A DNA stretch of 64,000 nt from Microthyrium microscopicum (taxonomy: Eukaryota): contig MU004233.1 in NCBI GenBank assembly GCA_010405405.1, forward strand, positions 881,122 through 945,121. Reading direction: 5' to 3'. Each line of letters starts with the position of its first letter. Position 1 is the first letter of the stretch. Of this stretch, positions 22,372 through 37,300 are shown piece by piece. The notes beneath the pieces are model-generated. The model ran no database searches and was not told the DNA's origin. It worked only from the letters and a program-made list of their open reading frames with translations. Both the position numbers and the translations under genes were made by a program.

Positions 22372-25300
22372 ATGTCAAAGAAACTGCCACATGTCGAGCG
22401 CCATGCCTCAACGGCTAGTTCAGGTGCTGAGAGTTGGACATCGCAAGAGACAATTAAAGGACTGTTTGGCGCTCGGCGGAATACACCAGTCAAGATTGTG
22501 ACGGGTAAGGATGATCGGTAAGTTTGAGTCTTGATTATGCTTTCTTTTCTGGCCAACTATTTTCTTGCCCGCCCTGTGGTATCCGAAAGCGTGTTTTCTT
22601 TGTTCAAGTGAACTGGGTGGTCCGGATCTTGTCCTATCCAAGCTCTTTGTTGCGCCCAATTTCGATGCGCATTGGAATTCAAGTTGGAACAACAATCAAT
22701 GGCTTCATTAGGCGAATCTAGAGTCTCAGGTTGTCCAAGGAGAACTGGCACTCGTTCATGAGCGTTCTTATATTTCTTTGCTGCCATGGAAATGCTGGCG
22801 GTTTGCGAACTGCCGCTTCGGCCATCGTCAGCCGTTGGATCTTGCTGTTCAGAAGCGTCTTTCAGAAGCTTTCTTTCCTTGCCAGAAGAGATCTTGATTG
22901 CTGACAAAAGATACAGAGACGACTCAGAAGTGTCTCCAGGTTCGCAACCAGACTCGGGATACCCCAGAACCAACAAACCTTTACCGAACATGTCGGCGAT
23001 AGCTCCATGGGAGACTGGAGATTCTCCTACCATGGATAGACTTCGGCAGACTTCCGTTGGATCTTCAGGTGGCAGCAATAGGGTTCCTCAAATCCAGAGA
23101 CAACCTCCAACGACCGTTTCGCCGTCGCCTCATTACCCGCTCAGGAACGCAAGTGGCAATCCGGTAACCCCAAATGGGCTCTTCTCGAGCTTTTACGACG
23201 ATTCTTCTGAAGAAATGGCGCAACTTTCGCCTGCTTTTCGACCCGGCAGTTCACAAGAAGACATGGGGTATCCAGAAAATGATCGGAGGCCTTCCGTGGC
23301 AAGCGCAACAACAATCAGCAGTATCGGATCCAAGTCTAGCGCCAGAGGTCCCAATTACCACAAGAAACTGGGCAACTTTTTTGGTGACGACTTTCCTGGA
23401 CTCGAGGCAGTTTCCAGACAGAATTCGGAATCCTCATTGCCACCAAACGCTATCTTGCAATATGCTGGCGGTAACAATAGCAGCAACAATCTGAATCCAC
23501 GAGCCAGGAAAAATTCTGCCAACAATGTACCTCACATTAGTCGCCCAGTTTCACCTGCCAGTTTCGCCGGTCGACCAAAGACACCACATGCCAGTGAGGT
23601 TACGCCTTGGGAGTTTCAAGAAGGCGGAAAGGTAGGATTAGTCGCTATTGCCCACTTTATATATATAAACATGATGCTAAATTATAGCAGGATCTACCTC
23701 CTCCTCCACCTCCACCTCATAGTACAGATCGAGATCGCGCATCATTATCCAAGGCAACTAGAACTCATAACCATCGACTGCACTTTCCCGGGCACAAACA
23801 TACGCGAAGCAAGGACGAACCCACGAATAATGCAACTCCTGGACTGGCTCTACGGCCTTCACTGAGCAGACAAGAGTCAAATGCAAGTTTCGGGCGAGCC
23901 GAACTTTCACATTCTTCCAATGCATCCAACCCGAACCTAAAAGCTAACCTTACACCCCGACCACCTAGCCCAACACCCAGTTTTGCTAGCATCAATACCA
24001 TGTCTCAAAGATCAGGTCATCACAAACGAGGGCTATTTGACAAATATCTACGACGTCGAGACAAACATGGGTTTATTGATAACATTCCCGCAACTATGCC
24101 GGGCTCAACTACGTCCTTGACTGCTAGAAACGGAAAGACGCAGAAACTAGAAACGCTCCCTACCGCTCCAGGCAAAAAGTTTAGCTTTGCCGGAGATGCT
24201 CTCCCACCAGTTCCTGGCCCAGCGACAAAGGACGGGAGAATACGTCCTTTCTTGAAATCGAAAAAGACTGCAGTCAGCATCAATGAGTTTGGGCCTCCAA
24301 CTCGCGATGGCAACGATCCCAACCTCGCACGGGGTCAAGGCAATGCAAAGAACCAATTGAACATGGATTTCGGCGATCTCTCGGATTATGTGAGCAGTAA
24401 ACCACAGGCACCAGAGCCTGTAGATGCTGGAATATTTACAGGACTGGAACCGGAAACTCAAAATCATACCGTCATACCTCCTGCGCGTGAAGAACCAATG
24501 GAGGATGGCAAATGGGCTGCTCCTGATTCATGGGGTGTTGTGGCTACAGTCGACGACAACATGGCTCGATTACGAGAATTTGACGAGAATGGCAATTCGT
24601 TGGAAGAAGACTCGGGTCCACCATATTGTTTGCGAATATTCCGAGGGAATGACACATTTGCTGTTCTGTCAGTTCCTCTCAATACGACTGTGGCAGACAT
24701 CATTGAACTGATACGGAAGAAAACGTACACTCCTACTGATCCAACTAAACTCGAGAACTTTGTTATCGTCATGAAGAAGCATGATGTTTCTCGACAATTG
24801 GAGGGCAACGAGAGGCCCTTGGTGATTCAAAAGCGGCTTCTGGAACAAGCAGGATATGTGGAGGCGGACCGAATAGAAGATGTTGGTAGAGAGGACAACA
24901 GCTATCTTTGCCGCTTCACGTTTTTACCACAAAAGGAAGCTGGCTTTACTACTTTGGACAAGGTTTTGCCAATTGACGAAAAAACTACTGGAAAATACTC
25001 TCACGTCGATCTTCAAGGAAAGAATTTGATCACTATTCCTGTTGTCCTACACAAAAACGCCACAGACATTGTCTCTCTCAATCTCTCTCGAAATCTGGCC
25101 ATGTCAATACCGAACGACTTTATACAAGCTTGTGTCAACCTCCGAGAAATCAAGTTCTGTAGTAATGAGTGCTGGAAAATCCCGCCAAGCTTCACACATG
25201 CCACCCGATTGACAATGCTGGACCTTTCCACAAACCGAATTGAGCAGCTTGAGCATACCGAACTCAACAGATTGTCCCATCTGGCTAGCCTCAGAATCGC

Positions 25301-28300
25301 CAATAACAATCTCACCACACTTCCAAGGTATTTTGGTCAATACAAATTCATGCGGAGTCTAAATATTTCCTCTAATGGCTTCACATCATTTCCAGACGTA
25401 ATTCAGGATATAACATCACTCATAGACCTGGATATAAGCTTCAACCTAATGTCGAAACTCCCCAACCTTGGAAATTTGACATCTCTTGAAAGGTTATGGG
25501 CTACAAACAATCGATTCACAGGATCTTTCCACCCCTCAACTGCAAACCTGATAAATCTGCGCGAAGTTGATATCCGCCACAACGCTTTGGAAGATATTGA
25601 CATCTTTTGCAAAATGCCAAAGCTAGAGTATCTTCTGGTTGGTTACAACAATATCTCCACCTTTGAGGGAAGCTTTCACGCCCTTCGTGGGCTATCTCTC
25701 AACAGCAACCCAGTCACGAAATTCGACATTACGTCTCCTCTACCTTCGCTGGGTAATCTTAGACTGGAGCGAGCCAAATTATCTGCTTTGCCTGATGACC
25801 TCTTTCAAAAGATCCCCAACCTCAACAAGCTTGCCCTTGATAAAAATCATTTCGTCTCCCTATCACCTAATATAGGCAAACTAGTACACTTGGAGTACCT
25901 GACTCTTGCTCAGAATTCTCTGAGTAGTCTCCCCCCTGAAATTGGCCGTTTAGTAGAGCTCAAATACCTGGATATGCGAGAAAACAACCTCAATGTCCTC
26001 CCGCCTCAAATTTGGTTTTTGCGGAAGCTAGAAACCTTGAACCTCTCCTCCAATGTTCTTGGGTCTTTTCCTAAACCTGGGGCTCCGCTTCCTGCATTGC
26101 CAGAAGATACAGTGTATAACTCAGTCGAGTCGAAAGAAGAAGAACTTGGCACGCTTGGCCATCTGCAGTATCGCCGGCCTAGCGCCGCTACTACGGGTTC
26201 GGGCAGTCTGAGCTCATCACCTGGTGCACAGAGTCGTAAGGGCTCAGTAGCGTCACAACTAACGGCATCGAGGAAGCCATCTTTTGTATCGAGAGGATCA
26301 GATGCAACCACTACGACGCTGAACACATTAGCTCCAATCACGAGAAAGGACTCAAGCTTGTCGAATCGTCTAATGTCGACCTTTGCTGGCTCAATGCGAT
26401 ATCTTAACCTGGCAGATAACCGGTTACAAGATGAGGTATTTGATGAAATCGCACTCCTTCCGGAGCTCCGGGTCCTCAACTTATCCTACAACATTCTCTA
26501 CGATCTACCTCCCCGTACTCTCCGGAGATGGACGCATCTTGATGAGCTTTACCTATCTGGTAATGAGTTGCGCTCGCTTCCAGCAGAAGATCTTGACGAA
26601 ATTAACTCACTTCGCGTTCTTCACATCAACTGCAACAAGTTCCAAGTTCTACCAGCTGAGTTAGCCAAGGTTTCCAAACTTGCCATCATGGACGTCGGCA
26701 GCAACGCTCTCAAGTACAATGTCTCCAACTGGCCCTATGACTGGAATTGGAACTGGAACCATCAACTCAAGTATCTTAACATGTCTGGAAACACGCGTCT
26801 TGAAATCAAACCTGGAACCAACAAGCAAACCCCTCGAGGTGACAAAGATCTGACTGATTTCTCATCCTTACAGAAACTTCGGATTCTTGGTCTCATGGAT
26901 GTCACACTTCGATCTCAAGTTCCCGATCAATCGGAGGATCGTCGAGTGCGCACTGCTGGGTCTCAAGTGGGCAGTATGTCGTATGGTATGGCTGATTCTT
27001 TGGGCAAAAACGAACATTTGTCGATACTGGATATGGTCGTTGATCGATTCCGAAGTCATGATGATGAGGTATTATTGGGGCTATTTGATGCTCCAGCTTC
27101 CTCCATGGGCGGCTCGAAAATCGCCAAGTACCTGCACGAGCATTTCAAGCATAGATTTTCGGACGAACTGGAAAAACTGAAAAATCCCGAAATCGCAGCT
27201 GATGCCCTACGCCGGACATTCCTGAACTTGAACAAGGAACTGGCCATTATTATGAACCAGCACAAGGAAAGGGAGAGAAAAAAGCAGTTAGCAGCAGAGA
27301 ACCCAAGTGTTCTCTCTACTACTGAAGCTCCAATCGTCCCTGCTATAGAGCTGTCCGACGAAGATCTTCTGTCCGGGTGTGTTGGTACTGTGCTTTTCAT
27401 CAAAGAGATGCAACTTTTTGTCGCCAATGTTGGTGATGCTACCGCACTATTGGTTGATTCTGAGGGTAACCATCGCGTCATCACTCGCAAACATGATCCA
27501 ACGGAACCTGATGAACGGGCGCGAATTCGAGTGGCAGGCGGTTATGTTTCGAGACAGGGTAAATTGAACGACGTCTTGGGAGTTTCCCGTGCCTTTGGGT
27601 ACATACAGCATTCTCCATCCATGATCGCGGCACCGCATACGGCTCATATTCAAATCACAGACTCCCACGAGATGATAATTCTTGCCTCACAAGAACTATG
27701 GCATTACATGTCCCATGACTTTGCTGTCGACATGGCCCGCACCGAGCGAAGAGACCTCATGAGAGCAGCACAGAAGCTTCGCGATCTAGCGATTGCATTT
27801 GGCGCCTCTTCCAAGCTCATGATTATGATCATTGGCGTAAGCGATCTCAAGAAGAAGGAAGCCCTTCAAGTTCGAACTCATAGTATGTCCATGAGCCCAT
27901 CGGGACTTGCAGACGACTTCTTCCCTCGCAGCCGTGGTCGTAGGGACAAGAATGCGCCTTTCGATTCGCGTCTGGCTCGCCTGGATCAAGAGGTCGATCC
28001 TCCTCAAGGGCAGGTCAGCTTGGTGTTTACCGATATCAAAAACTCTACCTTCCTCTGGGAAACATATCCTATTGCTATGCGATCTGCCATCAGAATGCAC
28101 AATGAGCTCATGCGCCGTCAACTTCGCATCATTGGTGGTTATGAAGTCAAGACTGAAGGTGATGCTTTCATCGTCTCCTTCCCTACCGTTACTTCCGCCT
28201 TGCTCTGGGCATTTACCATGCAAATCCAACTGCTTGAGGTGCCCTGGCCCACTGAGATTCTGAACAGTGTCAACGGCCAAGAGGTTTCTGACCAGGATGG

Positions 28301-29159
28301 CAATGTCATATTCCGCGGCCTTTCCGTCCGCATGGGCATTCATTGGGGCCAGCCAGTGTGCGAAGTTGACCCTGTTACAAAGCGTATGGACTATTTTGGT
28401 CCTATGGTAAATCGTAGCGCTCGTATCAGTAGCGTTGCTGACGGTGGACAAATTACCGTGTCGACGGAGTTCATTAGTGAGATTCAACGTCTGCTCGAAA
28501 CTCACGTCGATGAAGATCGCTCTGGCTCTATGGACTCTGGTGAGGACCCAAGCTTTGTCGACGACGCGCTCGCCCAGCAAATCAAGCGTGAACTCCGCTC
28601 CCTCAGTTCCCAGGGGTTCGAAGTCAAGGAACTCGGCGAGAAACGCCTCAAGGGCCTCGAAAATCCAGAATATATATATCTCATGTATCCACACGCTCTG
28701 AGCAGCCGACTTTTGGTGCAGCAACAACGCGCCGAAGCCGAAGCAGCGCGTTCACTCGCCGGCCAAGGTCTCAAGCCGCAAGACAGTTCGCTGGCAGTCG
28801 ATGTCGATAACGTCTGGGATTTGTGTGCTGTTGCCCTTCGTCTGGAGACTCTCTGTAGTTCACTAGAAAATCCACGCGGCAGCGGACTAAAGCCGCCAGA
28901 GACAGCTTTCCTGGAGCGTATCAAAGAAGGCGGAGGAGAGATCACAGACCGTTTCTTACTGAATATCGTGGAGCACCAAGTATCCAGGATCGAGACGTGC
29001 ATCAACACACTCGCCCTGCGTAATCTGGTCCGCCCATTCAAAAACGGTGTGCAAGCTCAAGCCTGCCCGATTTCAGACATCTTCGCCGAACTCGCAAACT
29101 CCCTCTCCGAACTCAACACCTTGCGCGAAAACGCACAGAATCGCATCACAGAACTCTAG
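22372..29159 (+). CDS. CYR1: Adenylate cyclase (RA domain, LRRs, PP2C-like domain, class III cyclase); exons 22372-22517, 22917-23631, 23691(or 23688)-29159
   Basis: Splice phases close (CG|A; AAG|GAT) with branch sites CTGAC and CTAAA; RA region LRIFRGNDTF...EDVGREDNSYLCRF; LRRs; cyclase motifs VFTDIKNST, YEVKTEGDAF and MDYFGPMVNRSARI. Exon 1 is the least certain part. Confidence 0.95.
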
Positions 29160-29934
29160 ATACCCCGATACATCACAGCCACCATCCTTATCTCTCAAAA
29201 TATCATTTCCACCTCCTCCACCCAAACGACACAAGTCTTTTCTTCCTGTATACCACCAAATCCCCCAAATATCTGCACATATACCCCCCAGCCCCTGACT
29301 ACTACTGTCTATACCTGAATCTATTATTATTATTCGTAGATACCCTTCCCACCTAACGACCCGAAAGACTTGGATGAAACTCGTTTTGCGAAATCTTCCC
29401 TATTATTGTTGGCCTCCTCAGAGCCAGCGGCGGCTCTGGTGGTTATACTATACTTGCTTCTTGTAATTGGCATTGGTGGATATTTTCTGGTGGCATCATT
29501 GCGCATTGGGTGGGTTTTTAGCGTTGTTGTTGTTGGGCTGGGCTGGGTTGGGTTGATATGCGTAGATGGTTAGATAGCCAATTTGATTGGTGTTGATTAT
29601 GTGTATATGCTGATATTGTGTTTTTTGTTGCTGGGTATATATATGGTGATGGCTGATTTATTGATGGTTGTATTTGGGGGATATGGGTGGGTTTGTGATA
29701 TTATTGGATTGTTGCTTAAACAGCCTTCTTCTCCTGCCGCTGCCCGTTCACTATGATTGAGAAATCTACATCAGGCTTTTGGTTGTCGGATCTACCAGAC
29801 GTCTTGTTTTTAAGAAAAAATGAGACGAGAAGGGTTACTGGGCGCTAAATGAACAAGTGTCACTAGGCGGACGCATTCTCCAATTTGACTATTCATAAGT
29901 ACACTGCTACTGCTGAGGAAAGCTATGCCATCGC

Positions 29935-30040
29935 AATCTATGGCTTCTATCACGATCTATGGCTTCTATCACGATCTATGGCTTCTATCACGATCTATGG
30001 CTTCTATCGCACTCTCTGGCTCCCATCGCACTCTCTGGCG
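29935..30040. repeat. 19-bp minisatellite (ATCTATGGCTTCTATCACG) x~4 followed by two degenerate units
   Basis: Directly visible tandem units at 29936-30010, then tcgcactctctggc twice. Confidence 0.9.
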
Positions 30041-31652
30041 GCCCGACGATCAAAATCGTAAAGAGATACATAACCTAACGAATCGTTTTGTGAATTGCTT
30101 CAGCCTAAGTAAAACAGTCACAAAATCTCTCAGCCAGACCGAGGCACTAAATTTACCACCCTGAATACACGAAATTATAACAAAGAAAAAATGACGCCAA
30201 CCTCATAAAAGTAATATAAAGAGTTGCAGTTGCCTAGAATAGTAATTTTCAGAGTGATCGACTGTCTGGATGACATGTCGTTGGGCATTTATAAAAACGT
30301 GGAAGGCAGATGTATGCGGCTCTTTGCCGCAAATCCCGATCCACGTTGCCGGAAAGTTGCATGTCAACTTACAACCTTGGTAGAGTAGTAAGGGATGGGA
30401 ATTGTCGAAACTGGATTCCCTACGGTTCCCTAGGGTTCGAGAATGCAGGATAAAGAAAGGGCATTGAAACGTCATTGGAATCCACAAGGGATTTGGGACG
30501 GGTTGCAGGAAAAGGATGGCAAAGTTATGCGTGATAAGACGGTTTTCTTGGTCAAAGTGACATCACTAGAGGATTATGAGGTAAGAGGATCGAGATCGAT
30601 GAGACTGAACTGGGTCTGGATTTTGGGGATGCGTTTATTCTGGACTCGATTGTTTCAACTGAGCCAGAAACCTAGATGGGAAAAGAAAGATAGGGATGGA
30701 GAGAATGATTCTTGTGACAAATTTAGAGTAAACCGTTGATTGTAAATGATGGTACAAAGAACGAGGCTCTCCACGTGTAGATGCACATTGCAGGCAAGGT
30801 AGGGGCAAGATCTCCAACTTGATTTCCCTTTTCATCATACAATCGACAATGACTCTGTAACAAGATGGATAGATCTACCTATCTTCCTTGTTTTCTATCT
30901 CTCCTGATAATAATTATATCTACCTCATCTACCTCATCTACCTACAATTCACTGGTACCTAAAGCTCCTATCTCTCCTGATATCGCCCTGTCTCCACTCA
31001 AACAGCCATGAATCACATTTCCATGGGACCCATATCAGTTATCGTCCAGCTCCACCTTTTGCCCAACCAAAACTTTGCCATCTCACATTATTCTCAGGCT
31101 CTCAGCCAAATATTTAAGCGCACAGGCCTGCGGTAGACCAGTTTTATTCAGCCTTGCGACTGCTTCTTTTCCAACAGTTTCAAAGTTTTGCGCGAATTTC
31201 GTTCTGTAACAAACGCCATTGCCTTTTTGTCCCAGCACCATCTTCCACGCCTCGTACCAAGAACTTTGTTCCACCGCAAGCTTCTGGTCGTGTTCTGGCG
31301 CGTCACTAGATTGCATCCGCCCAATCACACCCATCCATCCAGCTTGTCGTCGAATATAGCGTTCCACTACATCAAGAGTCGCTTTCGCCCCTTTCCGCCC
31401 AGATTTTCGCCTTTTAAGTTTAATCGATTGAAGCGTCGAATAGCGAGCAAACACATCAATTCCAACGAGTCAAACGATCACACTTGTTTGCATTCCTTCT
31501 ACAGCCAACAACCCTTGCTGTATATCAACTCTTTTCCGACCCGCCGACTGTAACCGCATTGAATCATTCTTCCTTGAATATATCCAACTGGAAGCATTTC
31601 ATGGTTGCGTCAGACGAACATTCACCAACATTATTAGCATTTCTACAACAAA

Positions 31653-32185
31653 ATGTACAACACAATGGAAGACGGACAAGGAAGATTCGCAGAAAGAGTA
31701 AGTTAATCCACCAACAACCATTCTCCACAGTATTGCGGAGACACCCATCGTTCCCAGAAACCTGTCGATCATCCAAACTAACTTTTCCCTCCCTCTAGGA
31801 CGCAGTGTACGAAAAATATCTCCATCTCTCGCAACAATCCCTCCGTCTAAAATTCTCCCTCTCCCACAAAGCCTCCTCCTCCGACTCGCCACTCTCCCGC
31901 CAAACCAGCACGCGCAGCAACTCACACTCGCCCACGCTCTCACCCATCGATGAAGCTACGCCAGCGCTCTATGGCGCTTCACTGCTCAGCGTTGCAGATG
32001 ATCTCAGCGCGCTGATGGAAGTCAACCAGCAGATCAAGGCGACGCTGACAGAACTGCTGAACTGCCCGAGTGTTAAACTAGATCGCGGATACCGTGCGTG
32101 GGTGCAGGAGAGGTTGATGGAGGCGGAGCATGAGATTCGGCAGCAGAGGAGACGGAGGAGTAGCAATGATCGCAGGATGTCATGA
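31653..32185 (+). CDS. Small fungal hypothetical protein (2 exons; intron 31698-31798)
   Basis: ATG 31653, GTAAGT donor, CTAAC branch and TAG acceptor in phase 0; C-terminal LMEVNQQIKATLTELLNCPSVK...WVQERLMEAEHEIRQQRRRRS resembles a motif I recall from ascomycete hypothetical proteins. Confidence 0.7.
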
Positions 32186-34375
32186 ATACAATTCAAAGAC
32201 AACTCGTCAGGATTAAGGGAGAGAACTCCTCCTAATAATCCTTCGTATGGGCGGCGCAGTTACAAAAGCCTTTGTGGATTGCAGAAATAATAGATATGAA
32301 CGGCACACAAAGCAAAGTTGCCCACAGCATGGAAGGAAGAGATGGATTCTTCAACAAACTTGGCATAGCATACCGTACATGATTGTAATAGTCTTAATTT
32401 TCAGTAATTGATACCCCCTTGGTCTACGGACCTCTTTGCTATTCAAACATCATCTCTCATACATCATCTCTCATACATCTGCTCTTATTCATTCATTCTT
32501 CTTGGTTGTACTGTGAGGCAAGGAGCTGAAATAGGAAGGGAAAAAAAAGTTACCCCTCATTTGATACAGTGACGGATTGGGACGCATTTGATTTTCCGCA
32601 AGCGTCAAAATCCATGAGTACATATGCATCTCCATGGTCTGGAATACGAGGTACCTCAGCGCTAAAGTACATATATGTACCTGTATCTGCAAATGCTTGC
32701 TCGTTGTAGTGATGAAGGGGGAAAGTACGGTACCGTAGTGTATCTCTCGTGATATCAGCACTGGTGCATACATGGTATGCCAATCCTGCGAGGCAAGTAG
32801 TATTTATTTCATAGGCTCGCTTCATGGTTCGCTTGGAAAGCTTAAACCTGGTCCGGGGACTTTCCATTGCTAACAATCGAAATTTGACTTTTATCTCCCC
32901 TCTGCCTCTGATGAGAGGTGGGAAGATTTATGCATCAGGTCTCAGGGCTAAACTTGTCATCCAGTTACAGTTGACGATTTATGTACGCAGTAGGATTCTG
33001 CTAGTTCGCTGCAGGCCTAAAGAAGAAGCGGTATTTAGTCATCTACGATAGCCTATAGAGATCAGTATGAAGATTCGGTTGCATGAAGGATGGTTGTCAG
33101 AAATGAGGAACGGGAAAGTGAAATTGGAACGCGTGACAACGGGACTTGATGCTACTACTTAGTAAAGGTATATGCCGGTGGATATGGGAGACGCGTTCAG
33201 TAATTCGCTAGTTTGTAGTTCGGCGACGGGAGGAGATGGGGTACATCGTGACTACTGCGGGTATATTGAGAGCGTCTAAGATCAATCGGAGAAAAGACTG
33301 AGACAAGATGCAAGTCGAGTGAAAGTGTTTCGGTTGTCTATCTTGTAGCAAAATAAGGCAGGTGTGGATGGAATTCGGAGAGTTTATCGAGTCGTTGAAT
33401 TACTTAGAAAACACATGGCTGCAAGGGGAAGGCGCATGGCTTCCTTTCTTCGGTCCCAAGAATCAAGAGTCAAAGCTGCTACCACCCAGCTCAGACAATA
33501 TCCAATGTTCCAACAACCTCAACACGAGATATCGTCAGTTCTTAGACAATTGCATACATCTCAACCATTGGACAAAGCCAAATATGCGGGGTTCACGATC
33601 GCGTCCAATCTGCAACAGCTCTCCAAGTCTTGCCTCTTGCGATGGTAAGTGCTGATCTTCAGGAGTGATATCAACCAAGGACAAGCCAAAATGGAACAAA
33701 GGGCCGGATGCCACGCGAGAGATCTCTGACCAGTGGTGGATTGTCTGGTCGTCAAGCATTATCCACGGCTAATTCAGCCAATTTTGTACTGTCCAGGACT
33801 GCCCCTGGCCGTTAGCACTGTTGGCTGCCAGACAAGATTGGTGGCCACCAAAGTCGACGCCCTTAGTCATGGCCTCCCGTTCCGAAAACGAGCATCCACA
33901 ATCCTCTCGACGAACCCAAAACAAACATTTCCCTCCAAGCTCTGAAGCTACGCTAAGGAATACTGTATGCATCTTTGCCCAGCTGGAGCACCAAAGGAAC
34001 TTCTGCAAAGTTCTGGGGTCCTGGCTCCAAATTCATCCAATCGCCTGCGCTGCCATCATCTCGACAAAGTCTCTCTTGCACTTCTCTTTTCAACCAAACA
34101 GATCAAAGCACTCCTGTAGCCAACCAGGCCTCTCCTCATTTGATACTCTCTCCCTGAGCGATATCATACATGCTTCACAGCTTCGCTCTTGAATTGCTTC
34201 TTCCTCCCCTCTCCTAGCCATTGCGGACTATCCTCACCATCCCTCGCTCCTCGAGCTTCACTCAGTGCTACGCCATGTCTGACTCGTCCCGGATGTCTTG
34301 CTTCCTTCACGTTCCATTGTGATCGTACTCCCTACCCTGTCTCTGCCCGTGCTGGCTCATATTACAGGCCTCGCA

Positions 34376-37300
34376 ATGGCCGCTACGGGCCCCGGACACG
34401 AGCGACCTTTGCCTGATCTGCTCGTGCCTCGACCAGCAAGCCAAGTTAGCCAAAAACTGCGGCCTCTCCACGGCAATAATAATCAGAGCTATGCCTTGAA
34501 CCGCGACTTGGCCCAACACGGCCGCCCCCATAATCCCTCGACCACTTCCCATCGCCGACGAGCTTCATCTCTGCTCGCGAATAGCACATCTGGATCAAAC
34601 AGCAACTCCAAAAAACCCTCTGGCCGCAAAAATACCTCGAGTCGCCAGGGCAATACTGGCTTCATCACCTTGCCTTCAGTTGGCAAGTCTGCGCTCGATT
34701 TTCGCCCTGGACTCCCCGTTCCGCCGGCCATTCGCATGGCTCGGGATACGGATAAACGCGTAAATGCTACTACGACGGGTAGCGACAGAGGAAGAAATGC
34801 TTTACGTTCACAAACCGAGTTGGGAAGAGGAGGACGACAGTTTACAGTCGGCAACATCGGACATAATGGATTGATCTATCTTCGGTATGCAAAGCCCTAG
34901 CAATCAAGCCTCCACGGGTGCTATTTCTAGAATTCATTGTATACTAACATTTATCTGCGCGTTAGACCTGTTATTCGTCCCGCGGCTGAACTACAGGCCC
35001 AAAGAGCACCACTCTATCCCTTTGACGATTCTCTCCTTCCACCCGACCATGGACCTTCCGCCGCGGGCAATCGACGGCGCAATAGCTCCATTGGACATGA
35101 AAGTGTGATATCCAGTATATTTTCGGTGTGGAAGGTGGATGATAAGCAAAAGTCAAGATCTAGTATAGAGATACCCCCGCCTACGCATACCAGAAAAGCA
35201 TCTACACATATCCGATCGCATTCCTTTTCCACAATCGATGAACGACCGAGTATAAGTCGCCAAGGAACATACAAAGTGGTCATTCGATCAAATTCTTCAC
35301 ATCGACGACGAGCAAGAAGAGCGTCAAATGAGAGTCCCGATGTCCCCATGGTACCGGATTCGCTCAACGTTAATATTCCTTCGTTTCGGCTGGGAAAACC
35401 ACATTTTGGTGCCAGGGGCAGCGCAGGAATCAGGAGTTCCATCAACACAAGGAATTCGGAAAAGCACACAAGATCAAGGGTGGAACCAGGGTCATCTCAT
35501 GATATAAACCCCCGAAACCTGTCGACATATGGTTCACATAACAACAATGTGCCACCACCTCTTAATCTAAGACATAGCAGCTCTGATGTTCTAGTTCCGA
35601 GGGCGCCAACTCTTACGCAATCACCGAGATTGTCTTTGTCTGAATTCGCCATGCATGTATTCGACGATTTATCCTTTGACCCTGATGATTCTTCGGTGGT
35701 ACGGTTTTCACCAACGTCAGACGATATAGTCGCTGCTACTCCTTCACGACTCATCGCACACATCACGTCGCCGAGTTTTCTGGATTATGAACTGTTGTCC
35801 GACTTTTTCCTAACCTTCCGAGCTTTTCTTCTTCCCGCGGACCTGGTCTCGTTTATGTTAGCGCGATTACGTTGGTCCGTTGAACGAACTGACGATTTTG
35901 GTCGAATTGTACGTGTGCGGACATTTGTTGCGTTGAGACATTGGATTCTCAATTATTTCTCCGATGATTTCGCGCCAGACTTTGCCTTGAGAGTACACTT
36001 TTGCGACCATGTAAATGTGTTATTCCAAGACTTACAACGGAGATCTGACGGCGGAGCTGGAGATCTGAAAATAATTGGGGAGCTTAAGAAGTGTTGGCGG
36101 AGAACATGTGCTATGTTTTGGCCAACTGGGAATGCCACTGCGGCGATTGATGAGGACATCTTTCCTGGAGGCCGGTTCGAATCAATCTACTGGCGAGGCG
36201 AGGAGGACATTCAACAAGCTGAGACGGCTGAAATCGAGGTTCCGCAAATTGTGACTATTCAACGCAAGAACTCCGAAGGTGCGAAACATCAAGTCAGGGT
36301 CATCGGCCGACAGTCCGTCAAATCCACGGTCCATTCAGCTCGTGCTTCAACGCCACAGATTTCGCCGACGAGCATTCAAAGTCTGCACGTCATTTCATGT
36401 TCGATACCTATCAAGCCCATCTATCGGACGGAACCTTCAGCAACGGCACCGCTTTTTCCACATCCTGTTCTTCGTCCGCTCACACCGGCCTCCAATGCGG
36501 CATACCCTACAGCTCGACATAAACGTAGTGTCAGTTTCAGTGATGCTTCTCGTGATGGCCGACCTTCTGGGGTCACTCAGGAGGAACCATCCGAAAAGCC
36601 AGAGGCCATTGCTGAAGAACACGAAGCCGCTGCTCCGGGAGGTATTGTACACGGGGCTCTATACCAGCCAACCAGTGCATACTTTGAATATAAACCACCG
36701 GCTCAAAAATCAAATCCTCTCACCCTCCAAGTCCCAACGGAAAAAGGCGATCATGGACCCCTGAGTCCTTCTCGGTTAGGGTCCAATGGTGATGGTGTGA
36801 AAAAGCTCTTTGGTAGCATGCGAAGGGCACTGAGCAACAATTTGGGACTCATGTCGCCGACTGGGACGTCTAATAACCATAACTTTTCCTATTCTGCCGA
36901 ACCGCGAGACCACACGTCGCACATTGACGTTGTGCAAGCCCCTGGAGCTCGCCCTGGCCCCAAAACTCAACTGCGACTTGATCTTTTGTGTCTCGCGGCT
37001 GGCAATAGATTTGAAGTGGCTGTTGCCGCGGAGCGAGAGGGAATGGACAGTCCAACACAACATGCTGTTTCTGGAATTCCGGGACTTCATCTGGATCCCA
37101 ACATGCTTTCTGCACTCAATTCTAGTGAAGCTCGATATCATATGAACCGAAGTGTCACCGTTGGAAGTAGATCGATTGTCATTGTTGACGATACAAATCC
37201 AGATCTTCCTGTTATGTCTGGAGCATTGAGTCCTGAACCTGGATCCAACAATCCTACCTCGCCTCGAGGCCTTCGATCACCTTATCATCCTCGCGGTCTT

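Noticed and set aside
27786..28727. 313 aa antisense ORF within adenylate cyclase
   Set aside because: Shadow of a codon-biased conserved exon; no recognisable motifs
29935..30040. Repeat array resembling CRISPR
   Set aside because: Units are directly adjacent with no spacers; eukaryotic context
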